Source: Actinomycetes bacterium
GTDB lineage: Bacteria > Actinomycetota > Acidimicrobiia > Acidimicrobiales > JAJYXR01
Direction: 5' to 3'
Assembly (NCBI GenBank): GCA_021801795.1
Contig: JAJYXR010000007.1
Coordinates: 5,048-69,047, forward strand
DNA length: 64,000 nt
Shown here: one piece after another, positions 42,677-50,589 of the stretch
How positions within the stretch are numbered: position 1 is the stretch's first letter
How the letters are laid out: each line of letters starts with the position of its first letter
Notes under the pieces: generated by a model
Told to the model about the DNA's origin: nothing
Databases searched by the model: none
The model's input: only the letters and a program-made list of their open reading frames with translations
Made by a program: the position numbers and the translations under genes

Positions 42677-44487
42677 GCCGAGTCCTGCGCACCCTGCCGG
42701 GCCGAGTCATGCGCACCCTGCCGGGCCGAGTCATGCGCACCCTGCCGGGCCGAGTCATGCGCACCCTGCCGGGCGATCATGAGGTCGTCTTCGTACCAGG
42801 GCCTGAGCGCCAGCTCGGCGGGGGGGAGGTGACCGTAGACGAGGACTCCCCGCCCCGGCTCCAGCCGGCGCATGGCGTCGGGGGCGAGTAGCCGGCTGGC
42901 CACGGGGGAGTCGGTGGTGGTGGCCATTCCCGAGGCGTCCCTGGTCATGGAGCGCTGCTCGTGCTCGGCCTCCCCTGCGAGACGGCTCACGTGCTCCAGG
43001 GTCTCGGGGTCGGCAATCCCCGATAGGAAGAGCTTGGCCCGGTGGTTGTTCACGATGCTCCCGGCGCGCGACCCATAGCGTGAGGTCACCTGCGCCAGGT
43101 CCTGCCAGATGGTGAGGAGCTGGACACCGTGACCGGCGGCAGTGGAGGCCAGCACGTCGAGCTCCGCCAGAGGCGCCACGTTCGCTGCCTCGTCGAGCAC
43201 GACGAGCAGGGGTGGGTCCAGCGGGACCCCGGCCAGGCTGGATCTCGTGTAGGCCTGCTCGATCACCTCTGAGACGAGGGAGGCGAACACCGGACGCACG
43301 AGCCTCTGGTGATGGGCTGGAGCGCAGAGATAGAGCGTGCTCTCGCCGTCGAGAAAGGATGTGGGATCGATAACGGCCCGGGAGCCCTCTGCGTTCCACC
43401 CCGATCCGGCCCTGGTGGCCGATGCGGCGACCGATGGATCTGCGAAGACCTCCAGCACCGTCTCCGCGGTCGCGTAGACGGAGCTGCGCTGGCGGGGGTC
43501 GCGGTTCCAGGAGGCCTCCGCTGCCTGGAGTGCCTCCGATGCTCCCGGGGATCCCTCCTCCAGGGCCTTGTCCAGTATCCTGCCCACCTCCGCCACCTGC
43601 TCGGTATCGAGCCAGCGGACCACGTCGGCCATGCTCAGGCCTCCGAGCGCGGCGGCATGGAGCATCGGTGCTATGAGCTTCGCCGCAGTCGCGTACCAGA
43701 AGTCCGCGTCGGCCATCGGCTGACTCGAGGAAGACCGTGCGACCTCCACCAGTGCCCTGGCTACGTGGCGGGCCCCTCCCCAGGTTCCAGAGGATTCGAG
43801 AGGAGACCAGTAGTCGCTGGCTCTGCCAGTGGAGCCTGTCGGGTCGTAGACCATCACCTGCCCGCGCGTGCTGCGCCATCCGACGGTGTCGATCAGCAGG
43901 TCGGACTTCACGGAGGCCGCCACTACGGGCCCCTCCCATTCGAGGATCGCGGGAACCGCCAACCCGGTGGTCTTGCCCGACTGGGTAGGACCGACCACCA
44001 GCACCGAATGCCCCGGCTCGGCTGCCACCAGGCGCGCCGAGCGCATGTTCCACCTGGCGATCTCCGGCCGCGCTCGGACGATCCTGCGTCGTAGCAGCGA
44101 CGGCCTGCGCCTAGCCGCCACCACTCCCAGCCCTATGCGGCCCGACTCCGGACGCGCCACCGTCAGCTCCGCGAGGTCACGAGGGCTGGCCCAGCGTGCC
44201 AGGGGCCTGGCCACCGAACCTCTGGCAGCAGGCCTCGACGACCAGGCCAGTCCCCCGAGCGCGAGACGCCTGGCTGGCGGTCGCCTGCTGGCGTTGCCGG
44301 TTACCGACGGGGAGAGAGCCCCCCTGCGCCGAGGATCGCTCCCGCTGGCTGGCCGGCCCTGGGCGCGGGGGCCATGCGCGCGGGAGCTGTATCCCGGGGC
44401 GTCGGGTCCCTCGGCCCTACGCATTGCCCAGAAGAGCGCACCGGCCAACCCTGCGCCGAACAGCGGAGCCAGCGGGTAGTAGGTCAC
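42589..44487 (-). CDS. Type IV coupling protein-like ATPase (VirD4/TraG/TraD family)
   Basis: The GTG at 44487 overlaps the upstream stop (GTGA). N-terminal TM (LAPLFGAGLAGALFWA), Walker A VVGPTQSGKTTG, then ..LLVVLDEAANVAPL.. (Walker B-like). The C-terminal repeat tail overlaps the convergent amidase gene by 88 nt. Confidence 0.8.
   Translation of the reverse strand: MTYYPLAPLFGAGLAGALFWAMRRAEGPDAPGYSSRAHGPRAQGRPASGSDPRRRGALSPSVTGNASRRPPARRLALGGLAWSSRPAARGSVARPLARWASPRDLAELTVARPESGRIGLGVVAARRRPSLLRRRIVRARPEIARWNMRSARLVAAEPGHSVLVVGPTQSGKTTGLAVPAILEWEGPVVAASVKSDLLIDTVGWRSTRGQVMVYDPTGSTGRASDYWSPLESSGTWGGARHVARALVEVARSSSSQPMADADFWYATAAKLIAPMLHAAALGGLSMADVVRWLDTEQVAEVGRILDKALEEGSPGASEALQAAEASWNRDPRQRSSVYATAETVLEVFADPSVAASATRAGSGWNAEGSRAVIDPTSFLDGESTLYLCAPAHHQRLVRPVFASLVSEVIEQAYTRSSLAGVPLDPPLLVVLDEAANVAPLAELDVLASTAAGHGVQLLTIWQDLAQVTSRYGSRAGSIVNNHRAKLFLSGIADPETLEHVSRLAGEAEHEQRSMTRDASGMATTTDSPVASRLLAPDAMRRLEPGRGVLVYGHLPPAELALRPWYEDDLMIARQGAHDSARQGAHDSARQGAHDSARQGAQDSAQQGARGATSGQGRSRSAMRASSRSSSSL
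42663..42780. repeat. 24-bp tandem repeat x ~5 (GCGCACCCTGCCGGGCCGAGTCAT)
   Basis: Units at 42663-42686 (variant, containing the amidase stop TGA at 42674-42676), 42687-42710, 42711-42734 and 42735-42758, with a partial unit at 42759-42780. On the minus strand it encodes ARQGAHDS x4 in the tail of the coupling-protein gene. Confidence 0.9.
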
Positions 44488-45761
44488 TGCCCATTCGGAG
44501 GCCGGGCGCGCATCGCGGCGTCGGTGTCCACCATCTGCTGCTCGGCTGGCGACAGGAGGTGCCTTACCACGAAGGAGCGCCCACCGACCTGCCACAGGGC
44601 GACCCCCCGGCCGAGCTGGCCTAGTAGACCTGCTTCCGTGAGGCTGAGGCCGAGCTCCCGCCTGGCCTCTGGCACCTCGCTCGGTGCCTGGCCGTAGACC
44701 ACGCGCGTCTCGGAGTCTGCCAGCAGACCCCTGGCCAGCTCCACCTGCTCGCTCCCGGCTGCTCCCGCGGAGAGTAGGTCCGAGAGCCTGTGCATGACCG
44801 CGACGTTCGCTACTCCGAAGGATCTGGCCAGCTTCCAGGAAGACTGCAGCCAGCGGGCCACGGCCAGGTTCTTCATCACCGCCCATGCCTCGTCCACCAC
44901 CACGATCACCCGTCCTGGCGCCCGGTCACCCGCGCCTGGCGCCCGGTCACCCGCGCCGAGCGCAGCCTGGAGCCAGGCGGTGGCACAGGTGATGATGACC
45001 CCGAGGGCGTCGGAGCGGTAGAGGGCAGACAGGTCGAGGACCACTAGGGGGCCGTCCAGGTCGATGCCGGGCGTGGTGTGCCCGTCGAACATCCCCCTCA
45101 GGTCGCCGGTGACGAGCCGTCGGAGCTCCAGGGCGACCTGACGCCCATCGGCGGCCAGCAGTCGCCTGGCACTGTGAAGGGAGCGGGCGGACTCCTCGGA
45201 GGGATCCAGCATGGCCTCCACCACACCGGGCAGGGTCGGTTCGCTCCCGGAGGCCTCCACGGCGAGATCGATGGCGCTTCGCTCCTCGGGGCTCACCGCG
45301 CGCCCCAGCGATGCGGAGGCCAGCGCTGCGAGCAGCTCGCCGCGACGGCGGGCCTTCTCGTTGGTGGATAGCCCCTGCGCGCTGGTCAGGGGCATGTCGA
45401 GAGGGTTCAGGCGGAGGTTCCCACCGGGAAGGAGCCGCAGGGGCGCTACCCCCCAGGCACGAGCGAGACCACCGTACTCACCTTTCGGATCGACCACCCA
45501 GGCGCGGGTGCCGAACAGGGCCTGGCGCCACAGGAAGGACTTCACGAACGCGCTCTTGCCCCGACCGATCTGACCGAGCACCAGCATGTTCGGGCTGGTG
45601 ATGACGCCAGCCGCGTAGAGCTCGAAGGGATCGAAGCTGAAGATGCCCCCGAAGACGTCGTGACCCACGACCACGCCACCACTGCCGAGCCCCTCTGCCA
45701 CCGCGAAGGGATATGCCGCTCCCAGGTGCCTGGTGGTGGCTCGGTGCGCGGGATAGCTCAC
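44484..45761 (-). CDS. VirB4 C-terminal-like / DUF87-like secretion ATPase
   Basis: The GTG at 45761 overlaps the upstream stop (GTGA). Walker A LGQIGRGKSAF, DPKGEY, Walker B VIVVVDEAW. The track ORF extends to 46265. Confidence 0.75.
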   Translation of the reverse strand: MSYPAHRATTRHLGAAYPFAVAEGLGSGGVVVGHDVFGGIFSFDPFELYAAGVITSPNMLVLGQIGRGKSAFVKSFLWRQALFGTRAWVVDPKGEYGGLARAWGVAPLRLLPGGNLRLNPLDMPLTSAQGLSTNEKARRRGELLAALASASLGRAVSPEERSAIDLAVEASGSEPTLPGVVEAMLDPSEESARSLHSARRLLAADGRQVALELRRLVTGDLRGMFDGHTTPGIDLDGPLVVLDLSALYRSDALGVIITCATAWLQAALGAGDRAPGAGDRAPGRVIVVVDEAWAVMKNLAVARWLQSSWKLARSFGVANVAVMHRLSDLLSAGAAGSEQVELARGLLADSETRVVYGQAPSEVPEARRELGLSLTEAGLLGQLGRGVALWQVGGRSFVVRHLLSPAEQQMVDTDAAMRARPPNGQ

Positions 45762-47251
45762 CTCAGGCCCCGTCCCAGCGGCAGGGTGTAGCTGAAGGCC
45801 CCTGCCTGGTCCCCGTAGCACCTTCGCAGCTCCAGGCCCGACAGGGCGGCTACCTGCTCTACCTTCTCGCAGGCCGCGGCCAGCTCCTCCAGGGACGAGG
45901 TGGTGACCGTCACGTATCCCGAGTACCTGACGAGCGCCTGACCCTCGGCGAGCTCTGCTTCCTGGCGTGCCAGGTCGTCTTCCTCCCGGCGCCTTCGTGC
46001 CGTGGCTAGGAAGCCGCCGCGGTGGCGCAGCTCTGCATCGGCTACGTCCGCTGTGCGGCGCTGCTCGACATGCCTGGCGGCCGCGGAGGCGCTGAAGGGC
46101 TCCATGACGAGGGCCACGGATCTCCTCACCCCCGATAGCACGAGGAGCGGGGCGAGCACGTCGGCACCTACCTCGAGCCGGGGCCATTCGGAGATCCAGA
46201 AGGTAGCGTGCCAGGTCGAGTCGACGCGTAGATGCTCCCATGAGGCCTTCATCGCCATCGGCCATGGCGACAGGCCCCCCGCACGTAGACCCGATGCCCC
46301 ATGGCCGCTCATCCCCGGCGGGTGAGGGCGCACGGGGTCGTATCCGCGCCTGATGGCAGCGGCCACTCCACCGGCGTCGAGTGGAGGAGAGGTCTCCACG
46401 TCTGCGGACACCAGCCTGGAGCGAAGGGCGTCCAGCTCGTCTACCAGGACCGATACACCGCCGGCGAGTCCGCCCCCGGCTGCCCTGATGGGTCTCGATG
46501 CCCGCCCGTACTGGACGCTAAGGAGCACCAGGACCTCGTGGCGGTCGGCCTCCACGGCGACGCTCTCGAGCAGATCCTCATACGAGCGGTAGGCAGGATG
46601 CGAGGGATCGAGGTGGGTGCCTCGGCATAGGTGGGCGCGCTCGGAGCCGGCCCCGTCGGGAAAGCTGCGTGCCACCCATGCCAACCGGTGCACCGATGCA
46701 GTCTCCCTGGAGCTGGCCGCCAGCACCCTGGCCCACATGTCCACCTGCCGGTCACGATCCGAGGGACCCTCCAGGACGAACCCGTTCCCGGCAGCCTGGA
46801 CCATGGCGCTGACGGTGCGGGCACGCAGATCATGGAGCACCCCGACCTCTGCCCCGGGCGCGCCTACATGGAGGATGGACAGCGCTCCCAGGGTCCCCCC
46901 CGCCAGGGCGGACCCGCTGGCGCGTGGTCCGGCCGTCATGCCGGCTGCGGGCGACGAGCTGGTAACGAGGTTCCTCCGGGTAAACCAGGCTGCTACGTGG
47001 CGGATGACATCTGGAGCCCACTCCTCGGCAGTACGCCCCTGGATCGGCCATGTAGCCGCGCCGACCGCGATCCCCAGGCATCCGAGCGCGAGCAGCGCTC
47101 CCGCCATCGAGGGCCAGGTTCGGAAAAGCCCTATCCCTGTCAGCAGTCCGGCCACCAGCGCCCCCACCTGGCCACCGCGCCAGCCGGCCACCACCCCGCG
47201 GCGTTCGAGCGCACCGAAGCGGTACCGCTGGGCCTCGACCTCTTCCACCAC
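45758..47251 (-). CDS. PrgI/VirB3-like TM hairpin fused to a soluble VirB4 N-terminal-like domain (T4SS-like component)
   Basis: YRFGALERRGVVAGWRGGQVGALVAGLLTGIGLF...AGALLALGCLGIAVGAATWPIQGRTAEEW forms two TM helices followed by a ~400-aa soluble region. The GTG at 47251 abuts the upstream TAG, with GGGAGGAG 8 nt upstream. Confidence 0.6.
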   Translation of the reverse strand: MVEEVEAQRYRFGALERRGVVAGWRGGQVGALVAGLLTGIGLFRTWPSMAGALLALGCLGIAVGAATWPIQGRTAEEWAPDVIRHVAAWFTRRNLVTSSSPAAGMTAGPRASGSALAGGTLGALSILHVGAPGAEVGVLHDLRARTVSAMVQAAGNGFVLEGPSDRDRQVDMWARVLAASSRETASVHRLAWVARSFPDGAGSERAHLCRGTHLDPSHPAYRSYEDLLESVAVEADRHEVLVLLSVQYGRASRPIRAAGGGLAGGVSVLVDELDALRSRLVSADVETSPPLDAGGVAAAIRRGYDPVRPHPPGMSGHGASGLRAGGLSPWPMAMKASWEHLRVDSTWHATFWISEWPRLEVGADVLAPLLVLSGVRRSVALVMEPFSASAAARHVEQRRTADVADAELRHRGGFLATARRRREEDDLARQEAELAEGQALVRYSGYVTVTTSSLEELAAACEKVEQVAALSGLELRRCYGDQAGAFSYTLPLGRGLR

Positions 47252-48718
47252 CTATTCACTCCTCCCTGCATCGGGCGATCTGCGCTCCAGAGGCCCCCGA
47301 GGAGGCCGGATGTCTCGGTCCCTTGCCCGCTCGTCTGGAGCGCTGTTCGAGTCAGAGGGAGAGGTAGAGAGCCTGGTCGAGGGAGAGGGCCTGGTAGGGG
47401 GCGAGGTAGAGGGCGAGCTGGCCGGCATCGGGTCCAGGGGACTACCGGGATGCACCGGCACGCTGGCCAGGCCACCTCCTGCCGGAGCACCTCCCGCTGG
47501 ACCACCTCCGGCCGGAGTACCTCCCGCTGGACCACCTCCCGCTGGACCCCGCCCAGTCCCGGGAGCGACCCCCAGCCGGCCCGCTCCGGCCAGGCCCCCG
47601 GTAGTCCCTGGAGAGGCTTGGGAGGAGCGGGATGCTGCCTTCGTGTACCAGTACTTCGCGCCTAGGGCCATGCCCTTCGCGGCATCGAGCGGCTCGATGG
47701 CTGCCTGCGTGGCGCGCCGGCGCGCGCCTTCCAGGTGCAGGATGGCTCCAGCCTCCATGACCGGCACCAGCCTGAGCACCACGAAGGGAAGGAACGCGGC
47801 CAGGACGAGAAGCGCTATGCCAGCCATGGCCGAGGCGGCGGTCCTGTAGCCACCGCCTGAGCTGCCGGCACCCGCCAGTGCCGAAGCCCCGAGGGCCAGC
47901 ACGGCCACGATGACGAACTTCGACAGCACCAGGGCCGCCAGCGTGTCGGCCAGCCGCCGGCACCAGTGGGACACGGCAGGCCAGACAAGTGCCGCGAGCA
48001 CGAGGGGCAGGAAGATGAGGGACGCGGATATCGCCGCGGAACGCACGATCATCTCCATCCACAGAGCCAGGGCGGCCGCGCTGACGATGATGCCTGCCGC
48101 GAAGAGTACGAACTGGGGGAGTCCGCTCATGGAGCCCACCGGCGACACGAAGCCTGCCAGCCCCCCGAATATCCTCTGGATGTCTGCCCCTGAGCCACCT
48201 GCCACCGCGCCCGAGAGCGCGTCGGTAAGGGAGAGCGCGAGGCGCACCAGCACCACCGCTACTCCTGAAAGCACGAGGGCAAGCGGCAGGTGCACGAGGA
48301 ATGACCGCAGGAGCTGGGAGAGGTTCTGGCGGTACACGGCCTGGATGGTGCCTGCGAAGAGCATCGGCATCACCACCGCTCCCGCGAGTGCCACCATCAC
48401 GCCTTCGTGAGAGGTGAACCACCCTGCGCTCAGGTCGGGGGCCGTGCTCATGGTCATCGCATGGCCGGTCTGGTCGAGCAGCCACACCGCGCTGGTGGCC
48501 ACCCAGGCCGCTGCCGCACCGAAGATCGCGTTGGCACCGGCGGCGCCCAGAGCTCCCCCGATACCACCCCCGGCGCCCAGTCCTGCGGCGCCCAGTCCCG
48601 CGGCGCCCAGTCCTGCGGCGCCCAGTCCCGCGGCGCCCAGTCCTGCGGCGCCGAGGCTCGCTAGCTGGGCTCCGGAGGAGGGGAGGGATCTGAGCCCTTC
48701 GGCTAGAGCCGTCTCCAT
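47252..48718 (-). CDS. Polytopic membrane protein (VirB6/TrbL-like) with an N-terminal (GAAGL)n stretch and a C-terminal Pro/Gly-rich tail
   Basis: ATG 48718 lies 14 nt after the upstream stop. At least 6 TM helices. The tail reads GGPAGGTPAGGGPAGGAPAGGG. Confidence 0.55.
   Translation of the reverse strand: METALAEGLRSLPSSGAQLASLGAAGLGAAGLGAAGLGAAGLGAAGLGAGGGIGGALGAAGANAIFGAAAAWVATSAVWLLDQTGHAMTMSTAPDLSAGWFTSHEGVMVALAGAVVMPMLFAGTIQAVYRQNLSQLLRSFLVHLPLALVLSGVAVVLVRLALSLTDALSGAVAGGSGADIQRIFGGLAGFVSPVGSMSGLPQFVLFAAGIIVSAAALALWMEMIVRSAAISASLIFLPLVLAALVWPAVSHWCRRLADTLAALVLSKFVIVAVLALGASALAGAGSSGGGYRTAASAMAGIALLVLAAFLPFVVLRLVPVMEAGAILHLEGARRRATQAAIEPLDAAKGMALGAKYWYTKAASRSSQASPGTTGGLAGAGRLGVAPGTGRGPAGGGPAGGTPAGGGPAGGAPAGGGLASVPVHPGSPLDPMPASSPSTSPPTRPSPSTRLSTSPSDSNSAPDERARDRDIRPPRGPLERRSPDAGRSE
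47472..47546 (-). repeat. 15-bp in-frame repeats x5 (CCACCTCCYGCYGGA-like), encoding P-A-G-G-x units
   Basis: Units at 47472-86, 47487-501, 47502-16, 47517-31 and 47532-46. Confidence 0.85.
48571..48660 (-). repeat. 15-bp in-frame tandem repeat x5-6 (CGGCGCCCAGTCCYG), encoding (GAAGL)n
   Basis: Units at 48571-85, 48586-600, 48601-15, 48616-30 and 48631-45, with a degenerate unit at 48646-60. Confidence 0.9.
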
Positions 48719-48732
48719 ATTCCAGGCTGCTC

Positions 48733-49044
48733 TCAGTGGACCTTCGCGCCGGTGGAGAAGAAGAACTGGACCAGCGCAGGCGCGGCTCCGACTAGCAGGG
48801 CGGCCAGGGCGGAGACGAGAACGGCCCTCCTTCCGCTGTAGGACTGGTGGTAGTTCTGGGTATGGGAGCCGAGCGCCCAGGCTGCGGCACCGACGAGCAT
48901 TCCCACCAGGGCAAAGACCAGCGCCCACCAGCCGAGTCCGTTGGTCAGGTTCTGGAGCACGGACCCGCCGGGGAGCGCGGTGGGGTCTGGATGGAAGAAG
49001 CTCGTGTAGGGCTGTGCCGCCACGAGTATCCGAGCAGCCTGCAT
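48733..49044 (-). CDS. Small two-TM membrane protein (pilin/VirB2-like topology), first gene of the T4SS-like operon
   Basis: ATG 49044 has a strong SD (GGGAGGAGGAG, 49050-49060). It encodes 103 aa: ..ALPGGSVLQNLTNGLGWWALVFALVGMLVGAAAWALG..RRAVLVSALAALLVGAAPALVQFFF. The track ORF extends to 49098. Confidence 0.55.
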   Translation of the reverse strand: MQAARILVAAQPYTSFFHPDPTALPGGSVLQNLTNGLGWWALVFALVGMLVGAAAWALGSHTQNYHQSYSGRRAVLVSALAALLVGAAPALVQFFFSTGAKVH

Positions 49045-49098
49045 GGTGTCTCCTCCTCCCGGCCCACCATCGAGGGGCCGCCTGTCTGACCAGTACAT

Positions 49099-49190
49099 GT
49101 AGTACCTGAGATGATCTTATCTGTATTTCTGGAGTCTTACAAGTAGTTTCAGTATTTCTCTATATTTGCCCTGATCTCCAATGTCCCTGA
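49099..49190. promoter_or_regulatory. Strongly AT-rich divergent control region with GTATTTCT direct repeats
   Basis: About 90 bp of AT-rich sequence in an otherwise ~70% GC window. GTATTTCT occurs at 49123-49130 and 49152-49159 (29-bp spacing), and ACATGT/GTAC elements lie at 49094-49107. It separates the T4SS-like operon from senX3. Confidence 0.4.
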
Positions 49191-49304
49191 TTGGAAAGGA
49201 AGGGCCTCCGGGGCAGAACGATGCGCGTCCGGCGCGCTCCGGGCTGTCATGCTGGAAGTGTGAGTTCGGAGTCGTTACCAGTGGCACCAGGTCGGGCGGC
49301 GGGC

Positions 49305-50588
49305 ATGGCTCACCCGTGGACCCTGCTCGCGACGGTCGCCCATGGATCTGCGAGGAGCGTCGAGGAACTGGTGGTAGTCGCCGTCGCGGGAGTTCTCGGG
49401 ATCGTCATTGCCACTGTTCTGGGAAGGCGTTCGGGAAGGCGTTCGCTGGAGCAGCGCCTGACGGCACTGGCCACGCGCATGGGGGTGGACATCCCCGAGG
49501 ACGAGCCGGGGGGGGTGGAGGCAGCACTCACCCATCTGGAGCAGGTGACCGACAGGGCCGCAGAGGCCGTGGCCGAGGCCTCCTCGGATGCCATACGCCT
49601 GCGCCGGGCCCTAGACACGATGCCCCAGGGGGTGATCGTCTGCGACGAGAACGGCGAGGTGGTGTTCCGGAACGCGCGTGCTGCCGGGCTCATGGGCGGA
49701 CGTCACGGCGATGCCCTGGCAGCACAGGCCGTGGTGGATCTCCTTGCCAGCGCGTGGTCGACTGGAATGGCGGAACGGACCCTGGATCTCTACGGCCCAC
49801 CCCGCCGGACGCTGACGGTACGGACGCAGCTGATCGACGACGGCCGGCGTACCCTCGGGGTGATAGCCATCATCGACGACGTGTCCGAGCGCAGGCGGCT
49901 CGATGAGGTAAGGCGCGACTTCGTGGCGAACGTGAGCCATGAGCTGAAGACCCCCATGGGCGCCCTGGGCCTGCTGGCCGAGACGCTGGTGGCCGAGGAA
50001 GACCGCGACATAGCCCAGCGGCTGGCCAGCCGGATCCACACAGAGGCCTTCCGGGTCAGCCGGATAATCGACGATCTCCTCGACCTCTCCCGGATCGAGG
50101 CCGAGGAGTCGCCGCCGCGCGAGCCGGTGCTGGTCAGCCTGGTGATGGCAGAGGCCATGGAACGGGTGAGGTCTGCCTCGGATCAGCGGGAGGTGAAGAT
50201 AGACCTGACCGAGCCCGACCAGCCCCTGTCGGTGCTGGGCGATCGCCGCCAGCTCGTGTCCGCGCTCTATAACCTGCTGGACAACGCGGTGAAGTACTCG
50301 CCCGAGGGCGGGACGGTCCGGTTCTACGCAGAGCAGTCGTCGGGCCAGGTGTCGATCGTGGTCGAGGACGGGGGAGTAGGCATACCCAGCAGGGATCTGG
50401 AGCGTATATTCGAGCGCTTCTACCGGGTCGACCAGGGCCGCAGCCGTGACACCGGCGGGACCGGCCTAGGGCTGTCCATCGTGAGACATGTGGCCGCCAA
50501 CCACCAGGGCAAGGTGGAGGTCGAGTCGCGCGAGGGGGAGGGCTCTACCTTCCGGTTCGTGGTACCCCTCCAGCCCCTCGGAGCATGA
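49305..50588 (+). CDS. senX3: Sensor histidine kinase (SenX3-like: TM, PAS-like, HisKA, HATPase_c)
   Basis: H-box VSHELKTPMGAL, N-box LLDNAVKYSP and G-boxes DGGVGIP / GTGLGLSIV. The track ORF starts at 49191; ATG 49305 opens at the TM region. Confidence 0.8.
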   Translation: MAHPWTLLATVAHGSARSVEELVVVAVAGVLGIVIATVLGRRSGRRSLEQRLTALATRMGVDIPEDEPGGVEAALTHLEQVTDRAAEAVAEASSDAIRLRRALDTMPQGVIVCDENGEVVFRNARAAGLMGGRHGDALAAQAVVDLLASAWSTGMAERTLDLYGPPRRTLTVRTQLIDDGRRTLGVIAIIDDVSERRRLDEVRRDFVANVSHELKTPMGALGLLAETLVAEEDRDIAQRLASRIHTEAFRVSRIIDDLLDLSRIEAEESPPREPVLVSLVMAEAMERVRSASDQREVKIDLTEPDQPLSVLGDRRQLVSALYNLLDNAVKYSPEGGTVRFYAEQSSGQVSIVVEDGGVGIPSRDLERIFERFYRVDQGRSRDTGGTGLGLSIVRHVAANHQGKVEVESREGEGSTFRFVVPLQPLGA

Positions 50589-50589
50589 G

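Noticed and set aside
42755-47849. Alternative-frame or antisense ORFs in the T4SS-like operon (42755-44053 -, 43309-44094 +, 46617-47849 +, 46631-47665 +, 47442-48485 -)
   Set aside because: Their composition is typical of off-frame GC-rich translation. The chosen frames carry Walker motifs and TM helices and are linked by start/stop coupling.
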